DNA from: a virus | Taxonomy: Duplodnaviria > Caudoviricetes | IMG/VR virus record: IMGVR_UViG_3300033076_001140 | Location: 1-42,784 of that record | DNA: 42,784 nt | Direction: 5' to 3' (one strand) | Shown here: positions 8,315-17,862 of the stretch, piece by piece | Numbering within the stretch: position 1 is the first letter of the stretch | Layout of the letters: every line of letters begins with the position of its first letter | The notes under the pieces: model-generated | What the model was told of the DNA's origin: nothing | The model's database searches: none | What the model saw: only the letters and a program-made list of their open reading frames with translations | Position numbers and translations under genes: made by a program

Positions 8315-9508
8315 ATGCAGTTTGGGAACCGAGATTCGAAGCCGGGCAAATTGTCCAAGCCGATCCGCCTCTTTTCCACGGGGTGGGTCGAGGACGCGAA
8401 GGGCCGCGAATACTTCGGCACCGAACAACTCGACCGCATCGTCAAGAACTTCGAAACGCTTTCCAAGGGGTGGACCGCGAACAACCGCGAGCAGCGTCTG
8501 CACAATCCGGCGGTGTACATCCCGGCGAGCGTTTCCATCGGCCACGATGAGGACCAGTCCTTCGCCAAGGCCCTGCTCGGGCGGTCCGACAACCCCGCCG
8601 CCGGCTGGGTCACCCGCATGTGGAGGTCCGGCGACTTCCTCATGGGCGAGGTCGAAAACGTCCCGCCCGAGGTGAAGCGGGAGATCGACGAGGGCCGGCT
8701 GCGGACGTGGTCGGCCGAAATCTACCGAAACTTCAAGGACGATTCGGGCAAGGAATGGGGCCCGGCCTTCCGTCGCCTGGCCTTCCTCGGCGGCGACATC
8801 CCGAAGCGCAAGGACCTCGGGACGCTGCCGCCCGTTATTCTGATGAGCGAATCAGGCCCGGGGACGCTCCTCGGGCATCGGAACCGATTGGTACGCATGC
8901 GGGATCGTAACCTGCTGCTCTGTTTTTCGGAGGGATACACCGTGGATCGAAACGCGATGTTGGCCGCGCTGCAGCAGGCCGGAATGGACACTTCCTGGGT
9001 CACCGATGCGGTTCCGGACGCCGTCCTCGCCGCCGCCGTGAAGGGCTGTGCCCCGGTGGTCGACAACTCGGAACCGCCTTCCCCGGATGGCAAGCCTCCG
9101 GTGAAGTGTGCGGAACCGCCGACGCCGCCGAATGACCCGGCCAAGTTTTCCGAGGCGGTCCGGCCGATCCTCGAAAGCATCGTGGCCCCGCTCCGGACGG
9201 AGATCCACAACCTCAAGGCCGAGCGGGCGAAGGAGGCCGCCGACGCCGCCAACAACGAGGTCGCGGTGTTCTGCGAAACGATGGTCAAGGACGGCCGCTT
9301 GGCTCCCGCCGACAAGGACCGCGAGGTGAAGGTCGGGCAGGCCCTGCGGGCGACGAACCCGGACCTGTACAAGGGTTGGCACGAAGGCATCGCCTCCCGC
9401 AAGCCGCTCGTCGCGATGCATTCCGAGCAGGTCAAGGCGGGCACCGGGCACAGCCAATCCGAGTTGAACCGCCTCCGGCGCCGCATGGGTCTGGCCGAGA
9501 AGAACTGA
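8315..9508 (+). CDS. Prohead protease / scaffolding protein (Mu gpI-like)
   Basis: IGHD, AAGWV, RTWSAEI, LAFLG..P protease motifs; coiled-coil C-terminus; in-frame GTG 8942 with GGAGG suggests a nested scaffold. Confidence 0.8.
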   Translation: MQFGNRDSKPGKLSKPIRLFSTGWVEDAKGREYFGTEQLDRIVKNFETLSKGWTANNREQRLHNPAVYIPASVSIGHDEDQSFAKALLGRSDNPAAGWVTRMWRSGDFLMGEVENVPPEVKREIDEGRLRTWSAEIYRNFKDDSGKEWGPAFRRLAFLGGDIPKRKDLGTLPPVILMSESGPGTLLGHRNRLVRMRDRNLLLCFSEGYTVDRNAMLAALQQAGMDTSWVTDAVPDAVLAAAVKGCAPVVDNSEPPSPDGKPPVKCAEPPTPPNDPAKFSEAVRPILESIVAPLRTEIHNLKAERAKEAADAANNEVAVFCETMVKDGRLAPADKDREVKVGQALRATNPDLYKGWHEGIASRKPLVAMHSEQVKAGTGHSQSELNRLRRRMGLAEKN

Positions 9509-9574
9509 ACCAACAACCATCGCCCTTGATTTGAATCACACGCAACCAAAAAGGACCCCGCAGGGACCAACATC

Positions 9575-10333
9575 ATGGCGAACGAAAATGTCAAGGAATA
9601 CTTCAAGCTCGATTCGCTGGAACCCATGCCGGGCCACGAAGCCGAGTCCACGGTGAGCGCGGTCGTCCTCGCTCCGGGATCCTACGCCAAGGGGCAGGTG
9701 CTGGCGGCCGTCGCGGGCACCGGGACCGCCGTGGACCAGGTCTACACCTTCGCGGCAACTTCCCCGGCCTCCGGCACCTTCCGCATCGTTTACAGCGGCG
9801 TCACGGACGAGATCACCTCGGCCCTGGCGTACAACGCGAACGCGGCGACCGTGCAGGCGGCGCTCGAGGCCCTGCCGTCCATCGGCTCGGGCAACGTCAC
9901 CGTGACGGGCGGGCCCCTTGGCTCGACCCTGACCGTGACCTTTGGCGGCGATCTGGCCGGGAAGCCGATCACGCTGACGGCGATTTCCAGCGTGGCGAAC
10001 GGATCCTCCGACCTGCTGTCGATCACCGTCACGGCCACCGCGGCGGGCAAGCCGGCCGGCGGATATTTCGGGAAATACGTGGACGGCACCTTGGAGCCGG
10101 CGATCGGCCTGCTGAAGTACCCGTGCTACGTCAACGCCAAGGGCGAGATCAGCGTCGGTCCGAGCGAGGCCGGCTACACGAAGATCAGCGTCCCCGCATA
10201 CTTCACCGGCGTCTTCCAGACGAAGAACATCACCGGTCTGGACGCGAACGGCGTCGCGGACCTGGGCAAGCTGCTTTCCGGGACCACGGGCACGCTGACG
10301 GCGAATAACACCGTCATCCGTATCGGGGTCTGA
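9575..10333 (+). CDS. Head decoration protein with internal beta-rich insertion
   Basis: Between protease and capsid; YAKGQVLA and YFTGVF motifs. Confidence 0.65.
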   Translation: MANENVKEYFKLDSLEPMPGHEAESTVSAVVLAPGSYAKGQVLAAVAGTGTAVDQVYTFAATSPASGTFRIVYSGVTDEITSALAYNANAATVQAALEALPSIGSGNVTVTGGPLGSTLTVTFGGDLAGKPITLTAISSVANGSSDLLSITVTATAAGKPAGGYFGKYVDGTLEPAIGLLKYPCYVNAKGEISVGPSEAGYTKISVPAYFTGVFQTKNITGLDANGVADLGKLLSGTTGTLTANNTVIRIGV

Positions 10334-10403
10334 TCCATCAAACTCGATGCCCCAATGTCGGGGCTGAAGCAAACGACCACGGGGCAAACGAGGAGTTCAA
10401 AAC

Positions 10404-11435
10404 ATGGCGGTTCCGCAACTGTTCGCCGACCAGGCCGAGAAGATCGAACGGCTTCTGCCGGAGCGCATCGAGCAGTTCCAACTGAACGATCCGGTCTTCC
10501 AGTTCATGCCGATCAAGACGACCGAGCTTTCGCGCGTCGATTGGGTGATCCAGGACGATTACTCGGGCCTGCAAGGCGCTTCGATCTTCGAAGGCCAGTC
10601 CGAATACGTCGAACGCATCGGCGACACCCACTACCAGGTCGAGCCGGGGGTGTTCCGCGACAAGGCCGACATCAAGGAAACGGAGCTCACGCAGCTCCGC
10701 GACCTGACCGACCGCATGCTGCTGGAGACGGTCGAGCAGATGTCCGTCCGGAAGCAGGAGCAACTGCAGGTGCGGCAGAACAACCGCATCCTGTACGACC
10801 TCTGGAACCTGCTGGTGTACGGCACGCTGTCGATCACCAACTTCCGGGACCAAATCGTCGGCAAGCTGCAATACACCCGCAACCTGACGACGGTCGGAAC
10901 GCCGTGGACCACCGTGGCCAGCGCCACGCCGCTGAAGGACCTGCGGTCGTTCCTGACCGGCGTGGAGGACGAGGGCACGTCCAGCATTTTCAACGCGGGG
11001 TCCGTGGCGTTCGCGAACTCGACGACCATCGCGTACATGCTGAACAACACCAACACCGCCGACCTCGGCGGGAAGCTGCGTGGCGGCGGAAACACGCCGG
11101 TCTCGCTGGACGAAATGAACGAGATCTTCGCCGCGGACGACATCCCGAAGTTCGTGCGGTACGGCAACGGCTACCGGCCGACGAAGACGACCTTCACGAA
11201 GTTCATCCCCAACGGTTACATCGTGGTGTTCGGCAGCCGGCCGGGCAATGCCCCGGTGGGAAGCTACACGATGACCCGAAACGCCGTGCAGGGTGAAGGG
11301 AAGTCGGGAACCTACTTCATGATGAAGGACAAGACCGACGAGGTGCCGCCCTGCATCGAGTTCTATCAGGGCCACAACGGCTGCCCGGTCATCAACTACC
11401 CGACCGCCGTTCGGGTGATCAAGGTCATCGCGTGA
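10404..11435 (+). CDS. Major capsid protein (phage capsid E-like)
   Basis: 343 aa, position, W..vasAtPlkDL and FIPNGYIVV motifs, strong RBS. Confidence 0.85.
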   Translation: MAVPQLFADQAEKIERLLPERIEQFQLNDPVFQFMPIKTTELSRVDWVIQDDYSGLQGASIFEGQSEYVERIGDTHYQVEPGVFRDKADIKETELTQLRDLTDRMLLETVEQMSVRKQEQLQVRQNNRILYDLWNLLVYGTLSITNFRDQIVGKLQYTRNLTTVGTPWTTVASATPLKDLRSFLTGVEDEGTSSIFNAGSVAFANSTTIAYMLNNTNTADLGGKLRGGGNTPVSLDEMNEIFAADDIPKFVRYGNGYRPTKTTFTKFIPNGYIVVFGSRPGNAPVGSYTMTRNAVQGEGKSGTYFMMKDKTDEVPPCIEFYQGHNGCPVINYPTAVRVIKVIA

Positions 11436-11494
11436 CCGTGGCCTGAATTCAACCATCGCCCTCCTTCACCTATCCAGTCCAAAACGGGAACCAC

Positions 11495-11854
11495 ATGTAC
11501 AAGGCGATCTTCAACTGCACGAACGGCCTCAAGGCAGGCGAGACGAACATCCGGCCGGACGATCCGCGAATCGCGGGATGCGTGGACGACCTGCTCGCCC
11601 GCGGGATCCTGGCCAGTATGGACGGGGTCGAGGCTGTGAAGGCGAGCGCCGCGAAGGAGGCGGACGCGTTGAAGGCCGAGGCCGAGGCGTTGCGGAAGGA
11701 ACTGGACGAGGTCAAGGCCGAGCTGGCTCTGTTCAAGGCGAAGATCGCGGAGAAGGTTCCTGGCGATGATTCGTCCAAGGTTCCGGAATCCGAACCGGCC
11801 ACGCCTCCGGCCGATCCCAAGCCGGCCAAGGGCGGGAACAAGGGAGCCAAGTAA
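11495..11854 (+). CDS. Hypothetical head-associated protein
   Basis: Coiled coil with low-complexity tail, right after the capsid gene. Confidence 0.7.
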   Translation: MYKAIFNCTNGLKAGETNIRPDDPRIAGCVDDLLARGILASMDGVEAVKASAAKEADALKAEAEALRKELDEVKAELALFKAKIAEKVPGDDSSKVPESEPATPPADPKPAKGGNKGAK

Positions 11855-11857
11855 GCC

Positions 11858-12280
11858 GTGGCCGTCACCCTGTCGCAACTGAAGACCTCGATCGCCGCTT
11901 ACGTCCTCAAGGGCGAGAGCGGCGATCTTATTACCGCGTGGACGGAAATCGCCACGGACGCGTTGGATATGGCGTATGCCGAGATCCGTTCGATCCTCGT
12001 CAACCGCGGATACACGACGACGCAGGTCGATGCGTGGGACGATCTCGACGCCTTCTGGAAGCGGCAGGCGGTCTATCTGGCGATGGCGGCGGGGGCGGGA
12101 CTGCACAACTACGACGACAGGTTCATCGAGAAGCTCAAGCCGGATTTGAAGTTCCTCGAAACCGCGCAAATAAGCATCAACGGCGAACAGGCAACGCCGG
12201 ACGACGAATCGGAAGGCATGGTGCTCCGGGGCGACCTGGACACCGAGGAAGACACGTACACGAAGGACATGGAACTATGA
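11858..12280 (+). CDS. Putative head-tail adaptor
   Basis: Size, position, A..EI.S.L..RGY motif like Mu gp36-type connectors. Confidence 0.55.
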   Translation: MAVTLSQLKTSIAAYVLKGESGDLITAWTEIATDALDMAYAEIRSILVNRGYTTTQVDAWDDLDAFWKRQAVYLAMAAGAGLHNYDDRFIEKLKPDLKFLETAQISINGEQATPDDESEGMVLRGDLDTEEDTYTKDMEL

Positions 12281-12636
12281 GCGAGGCCATCCGAACGCCG
12301 CGTGTCTCGTCCGTGCTGGTGGATGGGACAGGTTTCGACTCCGCCAATTCTGATGCGGCCGTCGTCGACCTGCCGGCTACGGCGGGGTTTTGCTGGGTGA
12401 TCGAGGCGATTCACTGTGGTTATGCCGCCGAACCAACTGGCGGCTTCCTTGCCATCCAGACCGACCCCGACACGGATCCCGTCGACGTTTATGGCCTGCC
12501 GATCACTTCGGCCGGGGCAGCGCCTTTGCTCTTCCCTGCGATGAAGTTTGGCGTCGGAAAGGCTGTTCGGGTATCCCTGAACGACGGCGAAGTCGATGGA
12601 TACCTGAACGTTTTTGCGCACACCGAGTCCCCGTAA
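12277..12636 (+). CDS. Hypothetical virion protein
   Basis: ATGA coupling; beta-rich 119 aa. Confidence 0.6.
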   Translation: MSEAIRTPRVSSVLVDGTGFDSANSDAAVVDLPATAGFCWVIEAIHCGYAAEPTGGFLAIQTDPDTDPVDVYGLPITSAGAAPLLFPAMKFGVGKAVRVSLNDGEVDGYLNVFAHTESP

Positions 12637-12646
12637 GGAGGCGTCG

Positions 12647-13276
12647 ATGTCGACACGCGCCGGCGACCCTTACCGTGGAATGTCCAGGAACACGCGGGAC
12701 CAGATCAAGCGGATGAGCGAACCGCTGCCCCGGCACGTGGTCGAATCGTGCGCGAAGATCGGCCTGTCGGACGTGCGGGACCATTTCCAGAAGTCGATGG
12801 GTCCGAGCGGACCGTGGCCGCCCGTGCAATCGAGGCCGCATCGGAAAACCGCCGGGAAGCCACTGCTCGACACCGGCCTGATGCGGGCGGGCCTGACGAC
12901 GAGGGTGGTGGGGAGCAGCTACTACATCGGCTCGACGGCGATCCAGGCGGGCACGCACAACTTCGGGGCCGTCATCACGCCGAAGAACGGGAAGTTCCTG
13001 GCGATCCCGCTGACGAAGGAAGCGTACTACGTCGGCTCACCGCGGAAGTTTCCGCGACCGCTCGACGTTTATATCAACCGCGAAGGCAGCGGCGGCGTGA
13101 TGTTCGAATGGCCGATTCGCATCCGCCGCGGGAAGGTCGAGGACCTCGATCCCATCGACCATTACTGGCTGACGAAGAAGGTAACGATCCCGAAGCGTGA
13201 GTTTTTGTGGATCTCGGACGACGCGAACGAGAAGATCCAGCGGCGGGTGCAACGCTACTACGAGACGGGGAAATGA
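12647..13276 (+). CDS. Phage virion morphogenesis protein (Mu gpG-like)
   Basis: GP.GPW.P, KPLLDTGLMR, THNFGAVI.PK, IPKREFL motifs. Confidence 0.8.
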   Translation: MSTRAGDPYRGMSRNTRDQIKRMSEPLPRHVVESCAKIGLSDVRDHFQKSMGPSGPWPPVQSRPHRKTAGKPLLDTGLMRAGLTTRVVGSSYYIGSTAIQAGTHNFGAVITPKNGKFLAIPLTKEAYYVGSPRKFPRPLDVYINREGSGGVMFEWPIRIRRGKVEDLDPIDHYWLTKKVTIPKREFLWISDDANEKIQRRVQRYYETGK

Positions 13277-13776
13277 GCAGCCGCAAGGAAACCATCGCCG
13301 ACGCCATCGTGACGGCCCTTCGCGGGATCCTGCTTTCGGGGGCCATCGTCGAGGAGATCGTGACGCCGCCGGAGGGGGAGGAGGGGCTGCCGATCATCAC
13401 CTACCGGCCCCGGGTCTACCGCCTCTTCCGGTTGGAGGACGCCGGCGTCAATTGCAAATTCCCCTGCTTCGCCGTCTACACCGCCGGCATCGCGGAGACG
13501 AACCCCCGCAGCGGGTCCGCGACGGAGGACATCGGCTACGGCATCGGCGTGGCCCTGCTCGCACCGGGCGACACCATCGAGAACCAGGCGGCGTGGGAGG
13601 AGTGGCGGGAAGCGATGCAGGACCTGTTCCGCAACCGCCGCCTCGGAGGTGTTTCGCAGGTCGTCCGCTGCGTGCTGGAGAACGGACCCGGACTGTCGGA
13701 CGCCAGCCCGATCTACGCGATGATCCGGGGCAATGACGTGGTGCGCTGCATCTACCAGGCGGCGCGGAGCAACTAA
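13273..13776 (+). CDS. Putative tail terminator/completion protein
   Basis: MSSRKETIADAIVTAL start; lies just before the tail tube. Confidence 0.55.
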   Translation: MSSRKETIADAIVTALRGILLSGAIVEEIVTPPEGEEGLPIITYRPRVYRLFRLEDAGVNCKFPCFAVYTAGIAETNPRSGSATEDIGYGIGVALLAPGDTIENQAAWEEWREAMQDLFRNRRLGGVSQVVRCVLENGPGLSDASPIYAMIRGNDVVRCIYQAARSN

Positions 13777-13788
13777 GGAGCGTGCAGC

Positions 13789-14661
13789 ATGGCCGCAGCC
13801 AAGACATTTGCCGAACGTTTCGCGATCTACGACGGCAGCACGAACACGGTGCTGAACGCCGACGACGGTTCGGACATCGGCCTCGACGACAATATCCGCA
13901 GCGGTTCCGGGATCACGGGCAGGCGGGCCCCCGCGGTCGCACGCGTGCGGCAAGGCGAGCGGATGGTCACCGGCAATCTGTCTCTGATGGTCAACGGGCC
14001 GGACCTCGACGTGATCCTGCCGTTCGTGACCGGCGGGACGAAGGGCGTGGGCGACCTCTACAGCCTGGCCAACACGGTCTCGACGTTCTCGGTCAAGCGG
14101 CACGCCGACACGCAGGGCTTCACGTATTCGGGCTGCAAGATCAACCAGGCCACCTTCAGCGCCGCCGACAAGCAGTTCCTGAAGGTCATGCTGGCGATCA
14201 TGGGGGCCGACGAATCCGAAGGCTCCGTGAGCCTGTCCGACCGGCTCGACACCAAGTCGCCCTACGTCTTCGAGGACGGCGTCTTCGAGGTGGACGACAC
14301 CGCCTACAGCGTCGAGTCCTTTACGGCGACGGTGACGCAGAACCTCACCGCCAAGTTCTTCAACAACCTCACGCCGCAGCGGTTCACCGAAGGGCGGCGG
14401 GTGGTCGGCCTCGAAGTGACCCTGCCCTACGGGGACGCCTCCGCGATCCGCGGGCGTGACCTCGACGGCGCGAAGTTCGAGGCGACGTTCACGAACGGTT
14501 CCGACATCTTCAAGATCCAGATGGACAAGATCGTTTTCCCGAAGTCTCGCCTGATCGTCGGCGAGAACGAGTTCGGCTTCACGCTCCGGGGCCAGGCGAT
14601 GGAGCACATCTCCACCGGGGCATACGTCCAGGAAGTCAAGTTCTACAACACGGTGTCCTGA
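13789..14661 (+). CDS. Tail tube (major tail) protein
   Basis: 290 aa, FTYSGCKINQATFS motif; precedes the chaperone pair. Confidence 0.75.
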   Translation: MAAAKTFAERFAIYDGSTNTVLNADDGSDIGLDDNIRSGSGITGRRAPAVARVRQGERMVTGNLSLMVNGPDLDVILPFVTGGTKGVGDLYSLANTVSTFSVKRHADTQGFTYSGCKINQATFSAADKQFLKVMLAIMGADESEGSVSLSDRLDTKSPYVFEDGVFEVDDTAYSVESFTATVTQNLTAKFFNNLTPQRFTEGRRVVGLEVTLPYGDASAIRGRDLDGAKFEATFTNGSDIFKIQMDKIVFPKSRLIVGENEFGFTLRGQAMEHISTGAYVQEVKFYNTVS

Positions 14662-15026
14662 TGCAGCAGATCGACGACGGCTACAACTTCACCAAGACGC
14701 TGCCCGAGGTGGCGTTCGTTCCCGGCCAGGTGGCGATCACGTTCCGGCCCGCCGCCGGTGCGTCCCACCGGGCCTTTTCCCGCGCGCTGATGGGACCGGT
14801 TGCGGAGGCGACCGCCGTCGGCGCCGGCATCATCGCGGCCGGGGTGAAGGAATGGAACCTCCGCCGGCGGGACGGCAAATGGACCACCGACCAGGCGGGC
14901 GGAACGCCGGTCCCGGTCACCGCCGAGGAGGCGTCCAAGCTGCCGTCGAGCCTGTTCACCGAGATCCTCGACACCCTTTTCGGCTTCGCGGGCAGCGACG
15001 AGGCGGCGGCCAGCCTAAAAAACTGA
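14661..15026 (+). CDS. Tail assembly chaperone (G)
   Basis: Between tube and tape measure; ends in slippery A AAA AAC. Confidence 0.75.
   Translation: MQQIDDGYNFTKTLPEVAFVPGQVAITFRPAAGASHRAFSRALMGPVAEATAVGAGIIAAGVKEWNLRRRDGKWTTDQAGGTPVPVTAEEASKLPSSLFTEILDTLFGFAGSDEAAASLKN
15017..15023 (+). other. Programmed -1 frameshift site A AAA AAC
   Basis: In-frame X XXY YYZ heptamer immediately before the stop; -1 frame open to 15436. Confidence 0.8.
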
Positions 15027-15436
15027 CCCTCGGGGTGCGGCTGATCCTGCTTCACCCCGTGGCCGCCGCCCGATCCTGCGACACCTGCGAGCGTTGGATG
15101 CACGACGACGCGCCGGGCCGCCTCGGGCTTCCCGTCATCGACAAATCGACAGGCGAGCCATTCCCGCGCAGGCCCGGAACGCCGACGCCGTGCCGCTGGT
15201 GTCCGAAGATCCCGGAAGGCGCGGCGAAGGTCCGGGCCAACGCCGTCGAGCTCAACGAGCGGAACGCCGCCGCCTACCTCCACTACCGCGAATGCCGGGC
15301 GGTCGGGTCGTTCCCGGATGACTGGATCGTCCGCCGGAACGCCAGGGCGATCCGCGAAGTCGAGGACGCCGCCGAGCGGTTCCGCCAGTCCGAGCACCTG
15401 ATGAACCTCGCCGCATTGTTGAGGGCAGGACGATGA
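15023..15436 (+). CDS. Tail assembly chaperone frameshift extension (GT), with CxxC pairs
   Basis: -1 frame with no own start; CDTC and CRWC; stop overlaps the tape measure start. Confidence 0.7.
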   Translation: MTLGVRLILLHPVAAARSCDTCERWMHDDAPGRLGLPVIDKSTGEPFPRRPGTPTPCRWCPKIPEGAAKVRANAVELNERNAAAYLHYRECRAVGSFPDDWIVRRNARAIREVEDAAERFRQSEHLMNLAALLRAGR

Positions 15437-17067
15437 GCCAGAAGACGACGGCCGAACTTGAACACAATCTGAAGGTCAACAATGCCCAGGCGGTGGCGGC
15501 GCTCGAGAGGCAGGCCGCCGCATATGACCGACTCGCCGCTTCCGCCGACCGCGCGCAGGCATCGCAGGAATCGCGGGCGCGGCAGGGCGTGACCGGATTC
15601 GACGCCGAGACGATGCGCCTCGTGCGGCTGGCCCGCGCGGACAAGAACGCCGCCCGCTACACCGATTCCGCCGCCCTCGGTTTCTCCAACGAAGACATGA
15701 TGAAGCGGTGGCGGGCCGAGCAGGCGATGGGCATGCCGGCGGCGCAGAAGAAGGAGCTCGAGCGCGTCCAGGCGATCATCGCGGGAGGGGCGAAGCCGGC
15801 GGGAGGGGGAGGCGGAATCGGCGGACTGATCCGTGGCGCGGCGGGCGGCGTGGCCTTGGATTCCGCCTTGGAGTTCGGGACGACCGCCATCCGCGATTAT
15901 CACGAAGGCCAGAAGTCGATGGGCCGCGCCCTCAAGGACGCCGCCCGCGAGACCGCCGAAGGGATCCCCATCGTCGGCGGGTTCATCAAGAACGTCCGCA
16001 AGTTCAGCGAACAGCTCCTATCCGGAGGCGAAATCGCCGGCACGCTGATGTCGGTCCGGATGAGCGAACGGGGCGGCCAAATCGCCCTCAACCGCATGCA
16101 GGCGGAGGACCGCGTCCGACCCTACATCCTCGACGCTTCCGCCTCGCGCGCCCGTGCGGACGCGATGCAGGAGCAGGCGACGCTGGCATACGTCAACCGC
16201 AACCGGCTCGACCCGACGGATGAGCGGATCCTGGCGGCACGGCGGGGCGTTGCCGAGGCGGAGGCCAACTATGCCGGCGTGGCGGATCAGCAGCAGCGGG
16301 CAAGGTCCGGGGCGGCGAGGACGCAAACGGAACTGGATGCGGCTAGGAAGCGGGAGCAGGACCTTCTGATTGAGCAGAGGCAGAAGGGACTGTCCGACGG
16401 TCGGCAATTGGAGATCCAGGCCGAAATCGCAAAGGTCACAAAAGAACGCGAGGCTTTGGAAGGCAGACTGGCTCAACGCCGCGAGCAGGGGGCGCAGGCC
16501 GACAAGGCGGCGGCCCAAGCCGTCTACGAACTCGAATCCAAACGGCTCGAATTGAAAAAGGCCGCGCTGGAGGTCGCGAAGGAGGAGGTGCAGAAGTACA
16601 AGGACAAGGCCCTCGCGTTCGATCAGATGGACCCCGAGCAGCAGATGGCCCTGTCGATGGCATTCGACCGAGCGAAATCGGACGGATACCAAAACCTATC
16701 GGCCGATGAGCGGCGGATGGTCCTCGGTTCGGGCCTCGCGGGCGAGGAGCTTCGGAAGCAGGCGGCCGATGCCGCGGCGCAGAACCAGCTTTTCCAAGCG
16801 ATCATGCAATCGCAAGGTGCGAAGCCGCTGCAAACTCTGCAAGCCAACGAGCAGGCCGCGCAGACCGCTTTCGACCAGGCCGCACCGCAGGGCTACGACG
16901 CGAAGGTTCTGGAATTGAAAGCGGAATTCGAGCGGGGCGTGGCGACCGCCTTCGAAAACGCGATCCCCGCCATCACGGACGCGATCACGAAGCAGATGGC
17001 AACCGGTCTTTTCGCGCTGGCTTCGCAGTTGAAGATGCAGGAGATGCTGAAGAACTTCCAGAATTGA
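15433..17067 (+). CDS. Tape measure protein (short, 544 aa)
   Basis: Ala/Gln-rich helical protein after the chaperones. Confidence 0.75.
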   Translation: MSQKTTAELEHNLKVNNAQAVAALERQAAAYDRLAASADRAQASQESRARQGVTGFDAETMRLVRLARADKNAARYTDSAALGFSNEDMMKRWRAEQAMGMPAAQKKELERVQAIIAGGAKPAGGGGGIGGLIRGAAGGVALDSALEFGTTAIRDYHEGQKSMGRALKDAARETAEGIPIVGGFIKNVRKFSEQLLSGGEIAGTLMSVRMSERGGQIALNRMQAEDRVRPYILDASASRARADAMQEQATLAYVNRNRLDPTDERILAARRGVAEAEANYAGVADQQQRARSGAARTQTELDAARKREQDLLIEQRQKGLSDGRQLEIQAEIAKVTKEREALEGRLAQRREQGAQADKAAAQAVYELESKRLELKKAALEVAKEEVQKYKDKALAFDQMDPEQQMALSMAFDRAKSDGYQNLSADERRMVLGSGLAGEELRKQAADAAAQNQLFQAIMQSQGAKPLQTLQANEQAAQTAFDQAAPQGYDAKVLELKAEFERGVATAFENAIPAITDAITKQMATGLFALASQLKMQEMLKNFQN

Positions 17068-17292
17068 CTACTTCAGCTTTTCCAAGTAACCGCGGAGCCT
17101 TTCATTGCTGCTTTCGGCAGCTTTGAGCTTCACCTCCGCGATCTCAACCTTGGTTTCCATTTCCTTCACCTTTTTGTACGCCTCGTCCGTCGCATCGCGG
17201 AACGCCAGCTTGTGGCCGGCGAAGAAGCCGAAGGCGAGGCAGAGGATGCAGGCCCCGGCCGAGATGATGTTGCTTTTGCTCATGTTCGGCAT
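17068..17292 (-). CDS. Moron: small membrane-anchored coiled-coil protein
   Basis: N-terminal TM segment; antisense to the tail operon; stop abuts the tape measure stop. Confidence 0.6.
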   Translation of the reverse strand: MPNMSKSNIISAGACILCLAFGFFAGHKLAFRDATDEAYKKVKEMETKVEIAEVKLKAAESSNERLRGYLEKLK

Positions 17293-17296
17293 CTTT

Positions 17297-17785
17297 CTAT
17301 TTTGCGAAACCCAGGTACAACGCGACCCCGCCGACAATCGCCGTGATGATCGACATCCAAATGTTCTGCACGAAGTTCCGTCGGGAAAGGCGGTCAGATT
17401 CCGTCCTCTGCCATTCGCGTTGCTCGCGAAGCGACCGCTCGGCCGCCTCCCGCGCGATGGCCGCGGACCGTTCCACTTGTGCCGCCTGCATCTCGCGGAT
17501 TTCCTTCTCGAATACCATTTGAGCGTGCTCCTTCGGGCCTAGTGCCGGTATCCACGGCGTGAACTTGCCGCACTCCCTTTCCTTCCCGACGATTTCCTTC
17601 GACGTCTGAAAGGCAACGGAGCCTCCCTGCTCCTTTTTCAAATCATAGGCGAGCATGGTGCACATGGGAACTGGGAGGAAGTCCCGAGGGCATTCGCCAC
17701 TTTCACGGAAGATCACGGGAGCCGGTACGGGCTGCCACTGCTTGTCCGCGATGGCCAAAAACCCGCATTCGCTGCATTTGGGCAT
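17297..17785 (-). CDS. Moron: Cys-rich N-terminal domain, coiled coil, C-terminal TM
   Basis: MPKCSECGFLA..RECGKFTPW..PKEHAQM..TM; preceded by TTGCCC-N17-CAAAAT. Confidence 0.65.
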   Translation of the reverse strand: MPKCSECGFLAIADKQWQPVPAPVIFRESGECPRDFLPVPMCTMLAYDLKKEQGGSVAFQTSKEIVGKERECGKFTPWIPALGPKEHAQMVFEKEIREMQAAQVERSAAIAREAAERSLREQREWQRTESDRLSRRNFVQNIWMSIITAIVGGVALYLGFAK

Positions 17786-17862
17786 GGTGACCCCCAAGGC
17801 GGTTATTCGCACGGTGTGGGGTTGCATTTTGGGGGAGGGGGCGGGGAGGGGCAAGGGGCGGG

